Notes: a model not told the origin generated them from the letters alone. Shown: positions 17,700-28,349, counted from the stretch's first letter. The stretch: 61,218 nt of DNA from Myxococcota bacterium (GCA_044344255.1 JBIJDH010000032.1:1-61218); one strand, 5' to 3'. Program-made: numbers and translations.

Positions 17700-19259
17700 C
17701 TACCGATCCACACCAAGTCGAAACGCCAGCTCCGGCACCCAGGGGGGGCCATCCCATCCGCCCGACACCTTCAACGCGCGGACCACCCGGAGGGCCTCCT
17801 CCGCCTCACCCGCCCCCGCGGCGGCCCGGGCCCACCAGGCGACGTCCGCCGCGGTCAACCCGGCGGTGGGGCCGGCGCGGGCGAGCGCGAGGGCCTCGGG
17901 GAATTGACAGGCCTCTACCAGCGACTGGAGGCGCAGCGAGCGGTCCATCGGGTGGGGATGGGCGGTCTCGAGCGCCCGTCCGAAGGCGGAGGCCGCGTCC
18001 TCCCAGTCGCCGCGGGACTGCGCTGGATCACAGCGCGGCGCCGCTCCTCCGGCCGTCCCCAGCACGAGCGGGCCCGGCGCAGCGGCGATCAGCGAGACCA
18101 TCCCGCGCAGGTGCCAGGCATAACCAGACTCCGGCAGGGCCTCGGTGGCGGCGGTGAAGAGGCGCTCGTCGGAGCTCCAGGCGGCGGCGGCGCGGAGCTG
18201 GAGGAGCGGCCCCAACAACAGCAGCGGCCACGCGGCCCGCGGGATTGCCGGGAGGCGGGGGCGGACCGAGGCCACTATCAGTGCCAGACCGACGAGGGAG
18301 GGGTAGGCGTAGCGCTCGGCGGCCAGGTACCCGTGGAGCGTCGGCGGGAGCGCCAGGAGCGGGCCGCCGACGAGCAGCAGCAGGCCACCCCGGGCCAGGC
18401 GGTCCCGCATCGCCAAGGACAAGGCTACGGCCAGCACGAGCAGGCCGACCGGCAGGACCCAGGCCGGGGCGACCCAGAGATCACGCACCGCCGTCAGCGG
18501 CCAGGGCACAATCATCGAGCTCAGGGGCCAACAGAGGGCCAAGGGGACGAAGCCCAGCTTCCCCGCGATCGACCAGCTCGCGCCCACCCCGGCGAGCCCT
18601 CGCTGGGCGAGCGCGACGCCCACCGCGGCCGCCCAGGCCCAGAGCGCGCGCGGGGGCACGAGGCCCGCCACCAGCGCGGCCGGGAGGAGCAGCACCGCCG
18701 TCTCCTTGCTCATCATCCCGAGCCACAGCAGGATCCCGGAGAGCAGCAGCCCGCGGCGCGCCACCCACACCGAGGCCAGGCCAAAGAAGAGGGCCAGCGC
18801 ATCCGGCAGGGCCGAGATCCAGCCGAGGACCTCGGCGGCCAGCGGGTGAAGCGAGAAGGCGAGGGTCCCCGCGAGCGCGCCGGGTCGGCCCCGGAGGAGG
18901 CGGTGCACGAGCAGGGTGGAGCCCGCGTGTAGGGCCGCGGAGAGCAAGTGCCCGGCGGCAGGGCCGAGGTGGCCCACCAGCACGAGGAGGCTCATGGCGA
19001 GGGGGCGATAGTAGCCACCACCCACGTCCCCGCCGCCCACGGGGGTCGTCCAGAGGCCGAGGACCTCGGAGATGCCCATACCTGCGAGGTGATCGCGGAT
19101 GAGCTCGGCGTCGTCCCAGACCCACTGCCCGATCACGGCGAGCAGCGCCGCCGTGGGGACCGCGCCCGTGAGGGCGACCCACCGCGCCGCCCGCCCCTCC
19201 GCGCGCAGCGCAGCGTCCGCCGGCCCATCGGGCAGGGGCGCGTCCGGTGCCTCGCTCAC
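17700..19259 (-). CDS. GT-C fold membrane glycosyltransferase, TMTC/DUF1736-like (copy 2)
   Basis: WVWDD after TM1, [34 protein letters not shown], then short TPR-like tail; GTG overlaps the transaldolase stop. Confidence 0.75.
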   Translation of the reverse strand: MSEAPDAPLPDGPADAALRAEGRAARWVALTGAVPTAALLAVIGQWVWDDAELIRDHLAGMGISEVLGLWTTPVGGGDVGGGYYRPLAMSLLVLVGHLGPAAGHLLSAALHAGSTLLVHRLLRGRPGALAGTLAFSLHPLAAEVLGWISALPDALALFFGLASVWVARRGLLLSGILLWLGMMSKETAVLLLPAALVAGLVPPRALWAWAAAVGVALAQRGLAGVGASWSIAGKLGFVPLALCWPLSSMIVPWPLTAVRDLWVAPAWVLPVGLLVLAVALSLAMRDRLARGGLLLLVGGPLLALPPTLHGYLAAERYAYPSLVGLALIVASVRPRLPAIPRAAWPLLLLGPLLQLRAAAAWSSDERLFTAATEALPESGYAWHLRGMVSLIAAAPGPLVLGTAGGAAPRCDPAQSRGDWEDAASAFGRALETAHPHPMDRSLRLQSLVEACQFPEALALARAGPTAGLTAADVAWWARAAAGAGEAEEALRVVRALKVSGGWDGPPWVPELAFRLGVDR

Positions 19260-19957
19260 ACGGTCTGGCCGTGCGCCAGGAGCCAGCGGGTGACCTGGGC
19301 CGTCACGTCCGGATCCGGCACGGTGGCCCAGTCCTTGAGGAAGGCCGCGTTCCCCGCGACGGTGAGCGGGTGGTCAAAGAGCCGGGCCAGCACCTTGAAG
19401 GGCAGCGTGGCGACGTCACAGCCCACCTTCGCGACCTGCAGCATGTGGATGGGGTCCCGGATGCTGGCGGCGAGGACCTCGGTGCCGAGCTCGGGGTAGT
19501 TCCCGTAGATCTGCACGATGTCCTCGATGAGCGAGACGCCGTCTTGGCTGATGTCGTCGAGCCGCCCGACGAAGGGGGAGACGTAGGCGGCGCCCGCCTT
19601 GGCGGCGAGGAGGGCCTGACCGGCCGAGAAGCAGAGGGTGACGTTGACGTCGATGCCCTCACCGGAGAGCACCTTGGTGGCCGAGATTCCCGCGCGCGTG
19701 AGCGGGACCTTGACCACGACATGCTCGCTCACCTTGGCGAGGAGGCGCCCCTCCCGCACCATGCCCTCGACGTCCTGGGCGACCGTCTCGGCCGAGACCG
19801 GCCCGCGGACGATGCCGCAGATCTCGTGGATGATCTCGACGAAGTCCTTGCCTTCGCGGGCGATGAGGCTCGGGTTGGTGGTGACGCCGTCGATGACGCC
19901 CCAGCTGTGCGCCTCGCGGATCTCGTCGAGGTTGGCGGTGTCGAGGAAGATCTTCAT
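19256..19957 (-). CDS. tal: Transaldolase / fructose-6-phosphate aldolase family protein (in frame with upstream folK)
   Basis: [50 protein letters not shown]; own GAGG RBS. Confidence 0.93.
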   Translation of the reverse strand: MKIFLDTANLDEIREAHSWGVIDGVTTNPSLIAREGKDFVEIIHEICGIVRGPVSAETVAQDVEGMVREGRLLAKVSEHVVVKVPLTRAGISATKVLSGEGIDVNVTLCFSAGQALLAAKAGAAYVSPFVGRLDDISQDGVSLIEDIVQIYGNYPELGTEVLAASIRDPIHMLQVAKVGCDVATLPFKVLARLFDHPLTVAGNAAFLKDWATVPDPDVTAQVTRWLLAHGQTV

Positions 19958-20521
19958 GCGGTGGCCTCTGCGAGCGCGCGGTGGTGCCGCTGTGTACCGT
20001 AAGGCCCCGCCTCCGGCAACGGGCGGGAGCACCCCCACCCTTCGCAGGCCGCTGCCCGGCTCCCCCGCGCGCGGGCCCCGGATCGACCCGAGCGGGCGCC
20101 CGATCAGGGGGTGAATGAGCTCCGGGGCCACCTCTCGCGCCGGCTCGAGGGCGAAGGGGCGGCGGAGCAGCTCCGGGTGCGGCAGCCGGAGGGCGGGGCC
20201 AGGTTGGACCCGATCGGCCCAGAGCAAGAGGTCGATGTCGATGCGGCGATCGGCCCAGCGGCAGGAGGGGCGCCGCCCGAGCCTGCGCTCGATCGCCTGG
20301 CAGGCCGCCAGCAGACCGCGCGGCGAGCGGCTGGTGGAGACCCGCACCGCCCCGTTCAGGAAGGGCTGACGCGCCGCGCCGAGGGGGGTGGAGCTGTAGA
20401 GGCTGCTGGTGGCGCGGACCTCGACCCCCTCGAGGGCGGAGATGGCCCCGAGGGCGAGGCGCAGCTGGGCGGCCCGATCTCCGAGCGAGCTCCCGAGGCC
20501 CAAGACCACCTCCGCCTTCAC
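19958..20521 (-). CDS. folK: 2-amino-4-hydroxy-6-hydroxymethyldihydropteridine diphosphokinase domain; no stop codon, reads into tal
   Basis: [53 protein letters not shown] 20521 overlaps the upstream stop. Confidence 0.88.
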
Positions 20522-21462
20522 GGCGAGGTGACCGGCAAGGGCCGCAGCAACATGGACCGCTCCTTTCCGACCCCCCGCCTCCGCTCCGCCTCCTCCGCCT
20601 CGGCGCTGCGGATCAGGCCGTCGGCGCCGAGCACCCACCCTTGGCCGTAGGGATCTTCGGGCAGCGGGCCAAGCTCATCCGGGCGAGCGACCGGCCGGCC
20701 GCGCGCGGCGCGGAAGCGCGCGTGGACCCCCTCGATCTCGTCGACCCGCTCATCGTGCATGAGCTCAACCGTCTTCTTTCTTAGCGCCTCCTGCACCCCG
20801 GGGCGGGTCTCGGTCTTGAGCTGCTCGGCGAGGTAGCGGATGGCCGCCCGCCGCTCCCCATCCTCGTTCATGAAGCCAGCGGCCGCGGCGTGGTACCAGT
20901 CGGGCGCGCCCGGCAACGCGGCCGCGCGCTCCAACCAAACGGCGGCGGCGCCGCGGTCTCCCCGGTACAAGAACGCGTTCATGCCCAGGGAGAAGGGGAA
21001 GAAGGGGTCATCCGGGAAGGCCGCTCGGCCGCTGGCGTAGACCTCGTCGCTGCCGTCGAGGTCCCCGAACACCCGCAAGAAGCCGCCCCCATAGAAGTAG
21101 GGCGTGCGCCAGCGGGGGTCGAGGGTGATCACCGCCTGGATGCTGGACTTCAGCCAGGGGAGCGTCACCGGATCGGCGACCTCGACGAGGTCGCCGAACT
21201 GCAGCACCGTGCGGAACCAGACGAGGTCGGCGAGGGCCGTGTGGAAGCCGAGGGAGGCCACCCGCATGCTGTCGCCGTTCGGCTGGAACGCGGTGAGGTC
21301 GTCCAGCCGCCGCTCGTAGCGCAGCTCATCGGCGTAGCGCTGGGCGGTGTGCGCGCCGAAGACCCCGACGAGCCCGACGGCGGCCAGCGTGAGCGGGAGG
21401 GCGAGGGCGGAGCTCCTGGGCGCGCCCGGAGGCAGACTCGGCGTGGTCTTCGCGGGGTTCAC
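20518..21462 (-). CDS. Membrane-anchored TPR-like pilus accessory protein (Myxococcus PilG-like)
   Basis: One N-terminal [35 protein letters not shown]; located downstream of pilA. Confidence 0.62.
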   Translation of the reverse strand: MNPAKTTPSLPPGAPRSSALALPLTLAAVGLVGVFGAHTAQRYADELRYERRLDDLTAFQPNGDSMRVASLGFHTALADLVWFRTVLQFGDLVEVADPVTLPWLKSSIQAVITLDPRWRTPYFYGGGFLRVFGDLDGSDEVYASGRAAFPDDPFFPFSLGMNAFLYRGDRGAAAVWLERAAALPGAPDWYHAAAAGFMNEDGERRAAIRYLAEQLKTETRPGVQEALRKKTVELMHDERVDEIEGVHARFRAARGRPVARPDELGPLPEDPYGQGWVLGADGLIRSAEAEEAERRRGVGKERSMLLRPLPVTSP

Positions 21463-23114
21463 GGCGCGTCCCTCCGCGCGCTCGGCGGCGCTCGGCTCTT
21501 CACCAGCAGCGCCTCCGCCAGCGGCCTCAAGGGCCTATCCCGGGTCCAGCCAGCCTCCAGCGCGCGGAGGGCGGGCTCGTCGCCGCGATCGAGGGCCAGC
21601 GCCGCCCGCACCACCTCCCCGCGGTGCTCGGGATCGGGGGGCGCCCCCTCGAGCAGGGCCTCCGCCTCCGCCCAACGCCCCCCGTAAGCGAGCGCCGAGG
21701 CCGCCTGCCCCCGCCAGACGGGGTCGTCACAGCCCCGCTCCTGCGTCCACGCCACCCGACGCATCGCCCGATCGAGGTCACCGGTGTCCAGCGCCGCGCC
21801 CACCACCCGCGGGCACACCGTGAGATCGGGCTGGCGGTCAGCCAGGGCCCGCTCGAAGGCCGCGAGCGCGGCGCCCGGCTCCCCGGCGCTGCGGAGGGCG
21901 TGCCCGAGGCTGCCCCAGTTGAAGGGCGACGGCGTGGTGCGCACGGTCGCCGACCAGAGCTCGATGTCGTTGGCCCAGTCGGGGACCCGCAGGTGCAGGA
22001 TGAACAGCGCCGGCAGCGCCCCCGCGAGGGCGAGGGTCGGGCCCCGCTCCCGGGCCCAGGCCCCCACCGTCAGGCCGATGCCCGCCAGCGGGAGGTAGAG
22101 GTACCGCTCCCCCACGAGCCCCTTGTCGGCGATGGGGAGCAGGGTGGGGGCGAAGGAGACGAGCGCCCAGAGCAGGCCGGCCCGCCCCGCCGCCCCGCTC
22201 CGCCGACACAGCAGCAGCCAGCCGAGCAGGCCGACGTTGCCGAGCAGGAGCCGCCAGGTGGGCAGCCGGCCGATGTACTCGAGCGTGTAGCCAACCGAGA
22301 GCGGCCAAGGCGCCACGAGGGCCGAGCCATAGATCCCGAGCACGTTCGGCCAGCGGAGGAGCGTGAACCAGAGGCCCTCCGCGTCCGGTAGCGTCGCGCC
22401 GCCCACCCCCGCGAGCACCCGCGCGCTGAGGGTGAGCCCGATCCCCGTGAACATCGGGGCGTAGGCCCGCCACCCCCCGCCCTCGGCGAAGCCTCGACCA
22501 CGGGCCAGCTCCAGCGCCCCGTGGAGGAGGGGTAGCAGCACGACGTTCTCCTTCGTGAAGCCCGCCAGCGCGGTGAGCACGAAGGCGCCGAAGAGCCGCG
22601 CCAGCCGCCGCTCCCCTCCCCCCGCACCCGGCTCCAGGCAGAGCAATGCGCCGAGGCCCAGCGCAGCGGCCATGGGGTCGTTGCGGGCGGCGACCCAGAC
22701 GACCGCCTCGCTCTGGACAGGGTGGAGGCCAAAGATCGTCGCGGCGAGCAGCGCCCCGCCAGGGCCGATGATCGGCCGCAGGAGCCGGTAGAGGAGGGCG
22801 ACCGCCGCGAGGTGCCAGAGCAAGCCGTGGAGGTGGTGTCCCGCCGCGGAGAGGCCGTACAAGGCCCGATCGATCGCGAAGCTGACGAGCACCAGCGGCC
22901 GATAGTAGCCGCTGACCGAGGCCTCTACCGGCGAGCCGTCCCAGAGGTCCATCGTGAAGAAGCGGGGGATGTTCCCGAGGTCGCCCGTGAGGCGGTTCTG
23001 GACCACGAGGGGAGTGTCATCCCAGACGAAGCCGGCCTCCACGACCCCAATGTACGCCGCCGCGACAGCGAGCAGGAGGAGCAGCGGGCCGGACCCTCGA
23101 AGGCGAACGCGCAT
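21459..23114 (-). CDS. GT-C fold membrane glycosyltransferase, TMTC/DUF1736-like (copy 1)
   Basis: GFVWDD, YYRPL, LHPVQSEAVVWVAARND, TKE, ERYLYLP, WANDIELW, TPR-like tail. Confidence 0.82.
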   Translation of the reverse strand: MRVRLRGSGPLLLLLAVAAAYIGVVEAGFVWDDTPLVVQNRLTGDLGNIPRFFTMDLWDGSPVEASVSGYYRPLVLVSFAIDRALYGLSAAGHHLHGLLWHLAAVALLYRLLRPIIGPGGALLAATIFGLHPVQSEAVVWVAARNDPMAAALGLGALLCLEPGAGGGERRLARLFGAFVLTALAGFTKENVVLLPLLHGALELARGRGFAEGGGWRAYAPMFTGIGLTLSARVLAGVGGATLPDAEGLWFTLLRWPNVLGIYGSALVAPWPLSVGYTLEYIGRLPTWRLLLGNVGLLGWLLLCRRSGAAGRAGLLWALVSFAPTLLPIADKGLVGERYLYLPLAGIGLTVGAWARERGPTLALAGALPALFILHLRVPDWANDIELWSATVRTTPSPFNWGSLGHALRSAGEPGAALAAFERALADRQPDLTVCPRVVGAALDTGDLDRAMRRVAWTQERGCDDPVWRGQAASALAYGGRWAEAEALLEGAPPDPEHRGEVVRAALALDRGDEPALRALEAGWTRDRPLRPLAEALLVKSRAPPSARRDAP

Positions 23115-23153
23115 GGCGCCGCCTAATCCCCTCGGCCCTCCCAGCACACCGCC

Positions 23154-23187
23154 AAAACGAAGACGGGCAGCACCGAGGTGCTGCCCG
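23154..23187 (-). terminator. Intrinsic terminator after pilA
   Basis: Perfect 10-bp stem CGGGCAGCAC-CTCG-GTGCTGCCCG followed by TCTTCGTTTT; a second hairpin lies at 23205-23222. Confidence 0.65.
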
Positions 23188-23231
23188 CCGCCGACCCTCA
23201 TCCACCGACCCCGAGGGGTCGGAGGGGAGGC

Positions 23232-23678
23232 TCAGTAGACGTCGTTCGGGGTCTGCTGGCCGGCGTTGACCGACTTGCTGCAGGTATAGGTGGCCTGAAC
23301 GCCGTCCCCGTCCACGTCCGAGACCCCGGTCACCCGGAAGTCGGTGCTGGAGGTGGTGACCACCGAGTAGGCGCCGCGCACGTCACCGTCGGGAGACCAG
23401 CCGAGGGTCTGGAAGGCCGTACCAGAAGCCCAGGGGCGCGCGGGCTTGCCGGGGGTGCCAGAGGGAACGGCGGTGGACTGCTCGATGAACTTGTCGAAGG
23501 CGGCGTCGTAGCCGAGCTCGGCGGTCTTGATGCCGTCCACGTTGGAGGGCACTTCGGCGCGCTTGGCGCGGTACTGCATGGCCACGAAGTTCGGGATGGC
23601 GATCGCGGCCAGGATGCCGATGATGGCGACGACGATCATGAGCTCGACGAGGGTGAAACCCTGAAGCTTCTTGGACAT
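23232..23678 (-). CDS. pilA: Type IVa major pilin
   Basis: MSKKLQG|FTLVELMIVVAIIGILAAIAIPNF; follows pilSR; sigma54 promoter upstream. Confidence 0.93.
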   Translation of the reverse strand: MSKKLQGFTLVELMIVVAIIGILAAIAIPNFVAMQYRAKRAEVPSNVDGIKTAELGYDAAFDKFIEQSTAVPSGTPGKPARPWASGTAFQTLGWSPDGDVRGAYSVVTTSSTDFRVTGVSDVDGDGVQATYTCSKSVNAGQQTPNDVY

Positions 23679-23752
23679 GGTGCTCTCCGCGCGTGGGTGG
23701 GGGTCGGGGTCTGTCTGCGCCCCCATCGCTGCGGGGGCATCTGCATCCCTTC

Positions 23753-23769
23753 AAGCAAGCACCGTGCCA
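23753..23769 (-). promoter_or_regulatory. Sigma54 -24/-12 promoter of pilA
   Basis: Minus strand TGGCACGGTGCTTGCTT matches TGGCAC-N5-TTGCW. Confidence 0.9.
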
Positions 23770-24131
23770 AGCTTCGGTCGGAGACCCGGCGCCGAGCTCC
23801 ACCGCCCGCTCAACCGGCCGGCCCCAAAAAAACGGGCCTTTCCCCGTCGGGGACCGCACCGGGCTCGGCGAGGCGCGGCCCAATCGCGCTTCAGCCTCAT
23901 CGTCAACTGCCGATTTGTGTCATGCGAGGAACAAGGTGGGCAGCCGCAGAGTGGCTCGACCAACCATCAGGTACAACCCAGATGAATCAGCAGGACCGCG
24001 CGGCGGCTCGGCCGCCCGCACGAAATGATCACGGGTGGAGCGTGCTGACACTTTGCGGCACCCCCCGTCACCCGGCGCCGAGCCTGTCACCTTCGGTCAC
24101 CTCGACGCTCTGCCCGCCCCTCCGCCCCTCG

Positions 24132-25544
24132 TCAGGCCCCCTCGGGCTCCATCCCATACTTGGCGATGCGGTGGCGGAGAGAGCGGAAGGTCATCTGGAG
24201 CAGCGGCGCCGCGCGGGTGCGGTTGCCCTGCGTGTGCGCCAGCGCGGCGAGGATCCAGCGCCGCTCTTCCCGCTCGAGGATGGCGTCGAGGTTCACCCCC
24301 TCCTCGGGGAAGGTGGAGGGCTCGCCGACGCTCACCGCCGGGGGCGCGGCCGGGGCCTCGCCTCGCAACATCCGGTCCGGCAGGTCAGCCCGCTCGATGA
24401 CCGAGCCGCGGCACAGGGCCACCGCCCGCTCCATCGTGTTGGAGAGCTCCCGCACGTTGCCGGGGTAGTCCCAGGCCCGCAGCACGGTCATCGCCTCGGG
24501 GGAGACGCTGCGGACGTCCTTGCCGTTCTCCTCGGCGAACTTCCGGAGGAAGTGGCTGATGAGGTCAGGGATGTCCTCCCGCCGGTGGCGAAGCGGCGGC
24601 AGGCCGATCTCGACCACGTTGAGGCGGTAGTAGAGGTCCTCGCGGAAGTTGCCCTCGCGGATCTCGCACTCGAGGTCCGCGTTGGAGGCGGCGATGATCC
24701 GCACGTCGACCTCGTGCTCCCGGGTGTCTCCCACCGGCGTGATCATCCGCTCCTGGATCGCGCGCAGCAGCTTGACCTGGGCCGGCAGCGGCAGGGAGTT
24801 CACCTCGTCGAGGAAGAGCGTGCCCTGGTGGGCCGCCTGGATGAAGCCCACCTTGTTCTGCATCGCGCCCGAAAACGCGCCCTTCTTGTAGCCGAAGAGC
24901 TCGCTCTCCACGAGGTTCTCGGGGATCGCGCCACAATTGAGGGCGACGAAGGGGCGACCGGCTCGCACCCCGCTGTAGTGGATGGCGCGGGCGACGAGCT
25001 CCTTGCCGGAGCCGCTCTCCCCGACCACGAGGCAATTGATACGGTTGTCCTTCACGCGGCGGATCAGCTCATAGACCTGCCCCATCGCCGGCGAGGTGCC
25101 CACCATCCGGCCGAAGTGGAAGCGCTCCTGGAGCTCGCTCCGCAGCCGGCTGTTCTCGATCTCCAGGGCGCGTCGGCCGAGGGCGCGCTGGATGACGAGG
25201 CGCAGCTCGTCGTTGTTGAAGGGCTTGAGCACATAGTCGGCGGCGCCGTTCTTCATCGCCTCCACGGCGGACTGGGTGGTGCCGTAGGCGGTCACCATCA
25301 CCACCTCGACGTCCCGCCGACTGCGGGCGGCCATCGCCTTCAGCTCCTTCAACAGGTCCATCCCGGTGAGGCCGGGCATGTTCAGATCGGTGAGCACCAG
25401 CGCCGGCCAGCGCTCCTCGGCGGCTCGAATCGCGGCCTCCCCGGAGGCGGCGGTCTCGACGTCATGGCCATCGCGCTCGAGCAGGATCTTGAGGAACTCG
25501 CGGAGCGAGAGGTCGTCATCGACGACCAGCACACGGTCAGCCAT
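24132..25544 (-). CDS. pilR: Sigma54-dependent response regulator (receiver, AAA+, Fis-type HTH)
   Basis: VLVVDDD, TDLNMPG, GESGSGKE, ESELFG, GAFSGA, FREDLYYRLNV, YPGNVREL; between pilS and pilA. Confidence 0.9.
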   Translation of the reverse strand: MADRVLVVDDDLSLREFLKILLERDGHDVETAASGEAAIRAAEERWPALVLTDLNMPGLTGMDLLKELKAMAARSRRDVEVVMVTAYGTTQSAVEAMKNGAADYVLKPFNNDELRLVIQRALGRRALEIENSRLRSELQERFHFGRMVGTSPAMGQVYELIRRVKDNRINCLVVGESGSGKELVARAIHYSGVRAGRPFVALNCGAIPENLVESELFGYKKGAFSGAMQNKVGFIQAAHQGTLFLDEVNSLPLPAQVKLLRAIQERMITPVGDTREHEVDVRIIAASNADLECEIREGNFREDLYYRLNVVEIGLPPLRHRREDIPDLISHFLRKFAEENGKDVRSVSPEAMTVLRAWDYPGNVRELSNTMERAVALCRGSVIERADLPDRMLRGEAPAAPPAVSVGEPSTFPEEGVNLDAILEREERRWILAALAHTQGNRTRAAPLLQMTFRSLRHRIAKYGMEPEGA

Positions 25545-27117
25545 GGCGAATGTCCTGGTCCAGGGTACCGGGGTGCGGGCCCCCGATGGGGAAGCGGAGC
25601 ACGAAGGCGGCGCCCTTCCCCGGCTCGCTCAGCACCTCCACGGAGCCGCCGTGCGCGCGCACGATGCGGTCCACGTTGGCGAGGCCGAGGCCGGTGCCGC
25701 CGGAGCGGGTCGTGTAGAAGGGGTCGAAGATGCGCAGCAGGCGGTCTGGGGCGATGCCCACCCCGTCGTCGCTCACCCGCACGATCAGGGTGTCGTCCCC
25801 CTCCTGCTCGGCGGTGATCTCGATGTTGCCGTAGTCGGCGGTCGCCTGCGCGGCGTTGAGCAAGAGGTTCCAGAGCACCTGGCGGAAGCGAGAGCCGTCC
25901 ATCCGCACGGCCGGCACGGAGCGCACCCGGTTTCGCACCACCCGCCGCCCCTGGAAGCGGGGGTCGTTCTTGAAGGAGGCCACCACGTCGGCGATGATCA
26001 GGCCCGGATCGACCCGCTCGACGGCCAGCCGCACGGGGCGCGCGCTGTCGAGGAATTCCTCGACGAGCTCGTTCAGGCGTTTGACCTCGCGGAGCGCGAT
26101 GTCGTAGAGGGGGCTCGGGTTCTCGTCGCGGAGGAGCTGCACGGAGCCCGAGAGGCTGGCGAGCGGATTGCGGATCTCGTGAGCGAGGCCAGCGGCGAGC
26201 CGCCCCACCGCGCCGAGCCGCTCCTCCCGCTCGACGATGGCCTCCATCTCGCGGAGGCGGGTGACGTCCTCGAGCAAGACCACCGCGCCGCCATCTTCGA
26301 GGGGGCTCCGGCTGCAACGGAGCCTCGTCGTCGCGCTGCCCCGCGCGATCGACTCCTCCCAGCGGTCTCCCTCGAGCCGCAGGACCCCCGACACCGGTCG
26401 CCCCACCACGTCCCCGAGCTGGCTCAGCGCCCACGGGTTGGCGCTCCGCACCACGCCGGCGGCGTCGAGGATGAGCACGCCGGTCTGGAGCTGATCGAGG
26501 ACCCGATCATGCTGCACCTGCATCGCCGCGGTGCGCTCCACCTGCTCGACCAGCGCGCGGCCGGTCGAGCGCACCTTGGCGGCGAGGGTCCCCGAGAGCA
26601 AGCCGACCAGCAGGAAGGCAAAGATCTGCATCAGCACGTGGGTGTAGGCAGCGGAGGGGTCCCCGTTACCGACGGTGTGGGTGAGCCAGTCCGCGCCTCG
26701 GTAGCCGATGAGCGCCACCAGGGCCGACGCGTCGAGCAGGGCCACCGTCACCGCGCCGCCCGGGGAGAGCAGCCAGGCCGCCGCGACGATGTTGAGGAAG
26801 TACAACGGGAGGAACGCGCTGGTCGGGCCGTCGGTGAGCGCCACCAGCGCGGTGCAGAACACCGTGTCGAGCAGGAGCTGGGTCCAGACGAACCAGAGGC
26901 GCATCCCGAAGCGCGGCAGCAGCGCCGCGCTGACGCCCATCCCGAGGAAGAGCCCGGCCGCCAACGCGAACTCCGGCCCGAGGTCAAAGACGCTGCCCGG
27001 CCGCTGGTGCAGGAAGGACCAAGCGAGGCCCAGCATCCCGAGGCCGAAGAGCAGCCGCACCAGGATGTAGCCCGCGAGCGGGAGCTCCCGTTTGGGCCCG
27101 GGCCCTTCGCCCGACAT
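25537..27117 (-). CDS. pilS: Membrane sensor histidine kinase
   Basis: About six TMs, PAS-like segment, LAHEIRNPL, NLLLNA, DDGVGI, FYTT, GTGLGL. Confidence 0.88.
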   Translation of the reverse strand: MSGEGPGPKRELPLAGYILVRLLFGLGMLGLAWSFLHQRPGSVFDLGPEFALAAGLFLGMGVSAALLPRFGMRLWFVWTQLLLDTVFCTALVALTDGPTSAFLPLYFLNIVAAAWLLSPGGAVTVALLDASALVALIGYRGADWLTHTVGNGDPSAAYTHVLMQIFAFLLVGLLSGTLAAKVRSTGRALVEQVERTAAMQVQHDRVLDQLQTGVLILDAAGVVRSANPWALSQLGDVVGRPVSGVLRLEGDRWEESIARGSATTRLRCSRSPLEDGGAVVLLEDVTRLREMEAIVEREERLGAVGRLAAGLAHEIRNPLASLSGSVQLLRDENPSPLYDIALREVKRLNELVEEFLDSARPVRLAVERVDPGLIIADVVASFKNDPRFQGRRVVRNRVRSVPAVRMDGSRFRQVLWNLLLNAAQATADYGNIEITAEQEGDDTLIVRVSDDGVGIAPDRLLRIFDPFYTTRSGGTGLGLANVDRIVRAHGGSVEVLSEPGKGAAFVLRFPIGGPHPGTLDQDIRHG

Positions 27118-27119
27118 GA

Positions 27120-28349
27120 TCAACCGCCGACGGCGGAGGCCATCGAGAAGATCGGCATGTACATCGCGATGACGAGGCCGCCGATGACGACGCCCAGCAC
27201 GACGATGATGATGGGCTCCATCATGCTCGTCATGTTCTCCACGGCCTGATCGACCTCCTCGTCGTAGAAGTCGGCCACCTTGTTCAGCATCACGTCGAGG
27301 GCGCCGGTGGCCTCACCGACGCTGATCATCTGGCAGACCATCTCCGGGAAGACCTTGGCCTCCGTCAGCGGCTCGGAGATCGTGCGCCCCTCGGAGATGC
27401 CGTCCCGCACCTTGTTCACGGCGTTCTCGATCACCTTGTTGCCGGCCGTGCGGGCGCAGATGTCGAGGGCCTCGAGGATGGGCACGCCGGAGGAGATCAT
27501 CGTGCCCAGCGTCCGGCAGAAGCGGGCCACGGCGACCCGCTGCAGCAGCACGCCAAAGACGGGCAGCTTCAGCATCAGGCCGTCGAGCAGGACCTCCCCG
27601 CGGGCGGTGCCGTAGAAGCGCTTGAGGGCGAAGCTCCCCACCGCGCCGCCGACGATGATGAACACGAAATTAGCCTGGAGCCACTTCGACAGATCGATGA
27701 CGAACTGGGTGGGGGCGGGCAAGGCGGAGCCGAATTCCGAGAACATCTCCTCGAAGGTGGGCACGACCTTGAGGAGCAGCACCGTCACGACGATGGACGC
27801 GACCACCACCACGATGATGGGGTACATCATCGCGCCCTTCACCTGACGCTTCAGGCGGTCTGCCTTCTCGAGGTAGGCCGCGAGGCGGTTCAGGATGGTG
27901 TCGAGGATGCCGCCGACCTCACCGGCCGCGATCATGTTGCAGAACAGCGTATCGAAGGTGGTCGGGTACTTCTTCAGCGCGTCAGCGAAGGTGGAGCCGG
28001 ACTCCACTTGACCCTTGATGTCGGTGAGCTGCTCCCGGAAGGTCGGGTTCGACGCCTGCTTGCTCTGAATGTCGAGGCACTGGACGAGCGGGAGGCCAGA
28101 GTCGATCATCGTCGCGAACTGCCGCACGAAGATCACGAGGTCCTTCGTGCCGACCTTCGGCTTCATGAAGTCGAACTGGGGCAACTTGATCGCGGCGCTC
28201 ATCCCGCCGGCGGCCTTGGGCTTGACCGAGGTCGCCTGGATCTGCATCTGGCGCAGCCGGCTTCGGGCGGAGTCGGTGTCAGCCGCCTCCACCTCGCCCT
28301 TACGGACCTCTCCGCCGCTGGTTCGTCCTTCGTACGCGAAGACCGGCAT
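27120..28349 (-). CDS. pilC: Type IV pilus inner membrane platform protein
   Basis: RQFATMIDSGLPL, GEVGGILD, AMMYP, GEATGALDVML, MYMPIF. Confidence 0.95.
   Translation of the reverse strand: MPVFAYEGRTSGGEVRKGEVEAADTDSARSRLRQMQIQATSVKPKAAGGMSAAIKLPQFDFMKPKVGTKDLVIFVRQFATMIDSGLPLVQCLDIQSKQASNPTFREQLTDIKGQVESGSTFADALKKYPTTFDTLFCNMIAAGEVGGILDTILNRLAAYLEKADRLKRQVKGAMMYPIIVVVVASIVVTVLLLKVVPTFEEMFSEFGSALPAPTQFVIDLSKWLQANFVFIIVGGAVGSFALKRFYGTARGEVLLDGLMLKLPVFGVLLQRVAVARFCRTLGTMISSGVPILEALDICARTAGNKVIENAVNKVRDGISEGRTISEPLTEAKVFPEMVCQMISVGEATGALDVMLNKVADFYDEEVDQAVENMTSMMEPIIIVVLGVVIGGLVIAMYMPIFSMASAVGG

Noticed and set aside
23232..23678. Electrically conductive pilin (13 aromatic residues in 141)
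   Set aside because: Borderline value, full-length pilin, no cytochrome genes in the window, and the criterion itself is disputed.
24855..24905. GAFSGA instead of GAFTGA in PilR
   Set aside because: Conservative natural variant; a consensus sigma54 promoter at pilA supports normal function.
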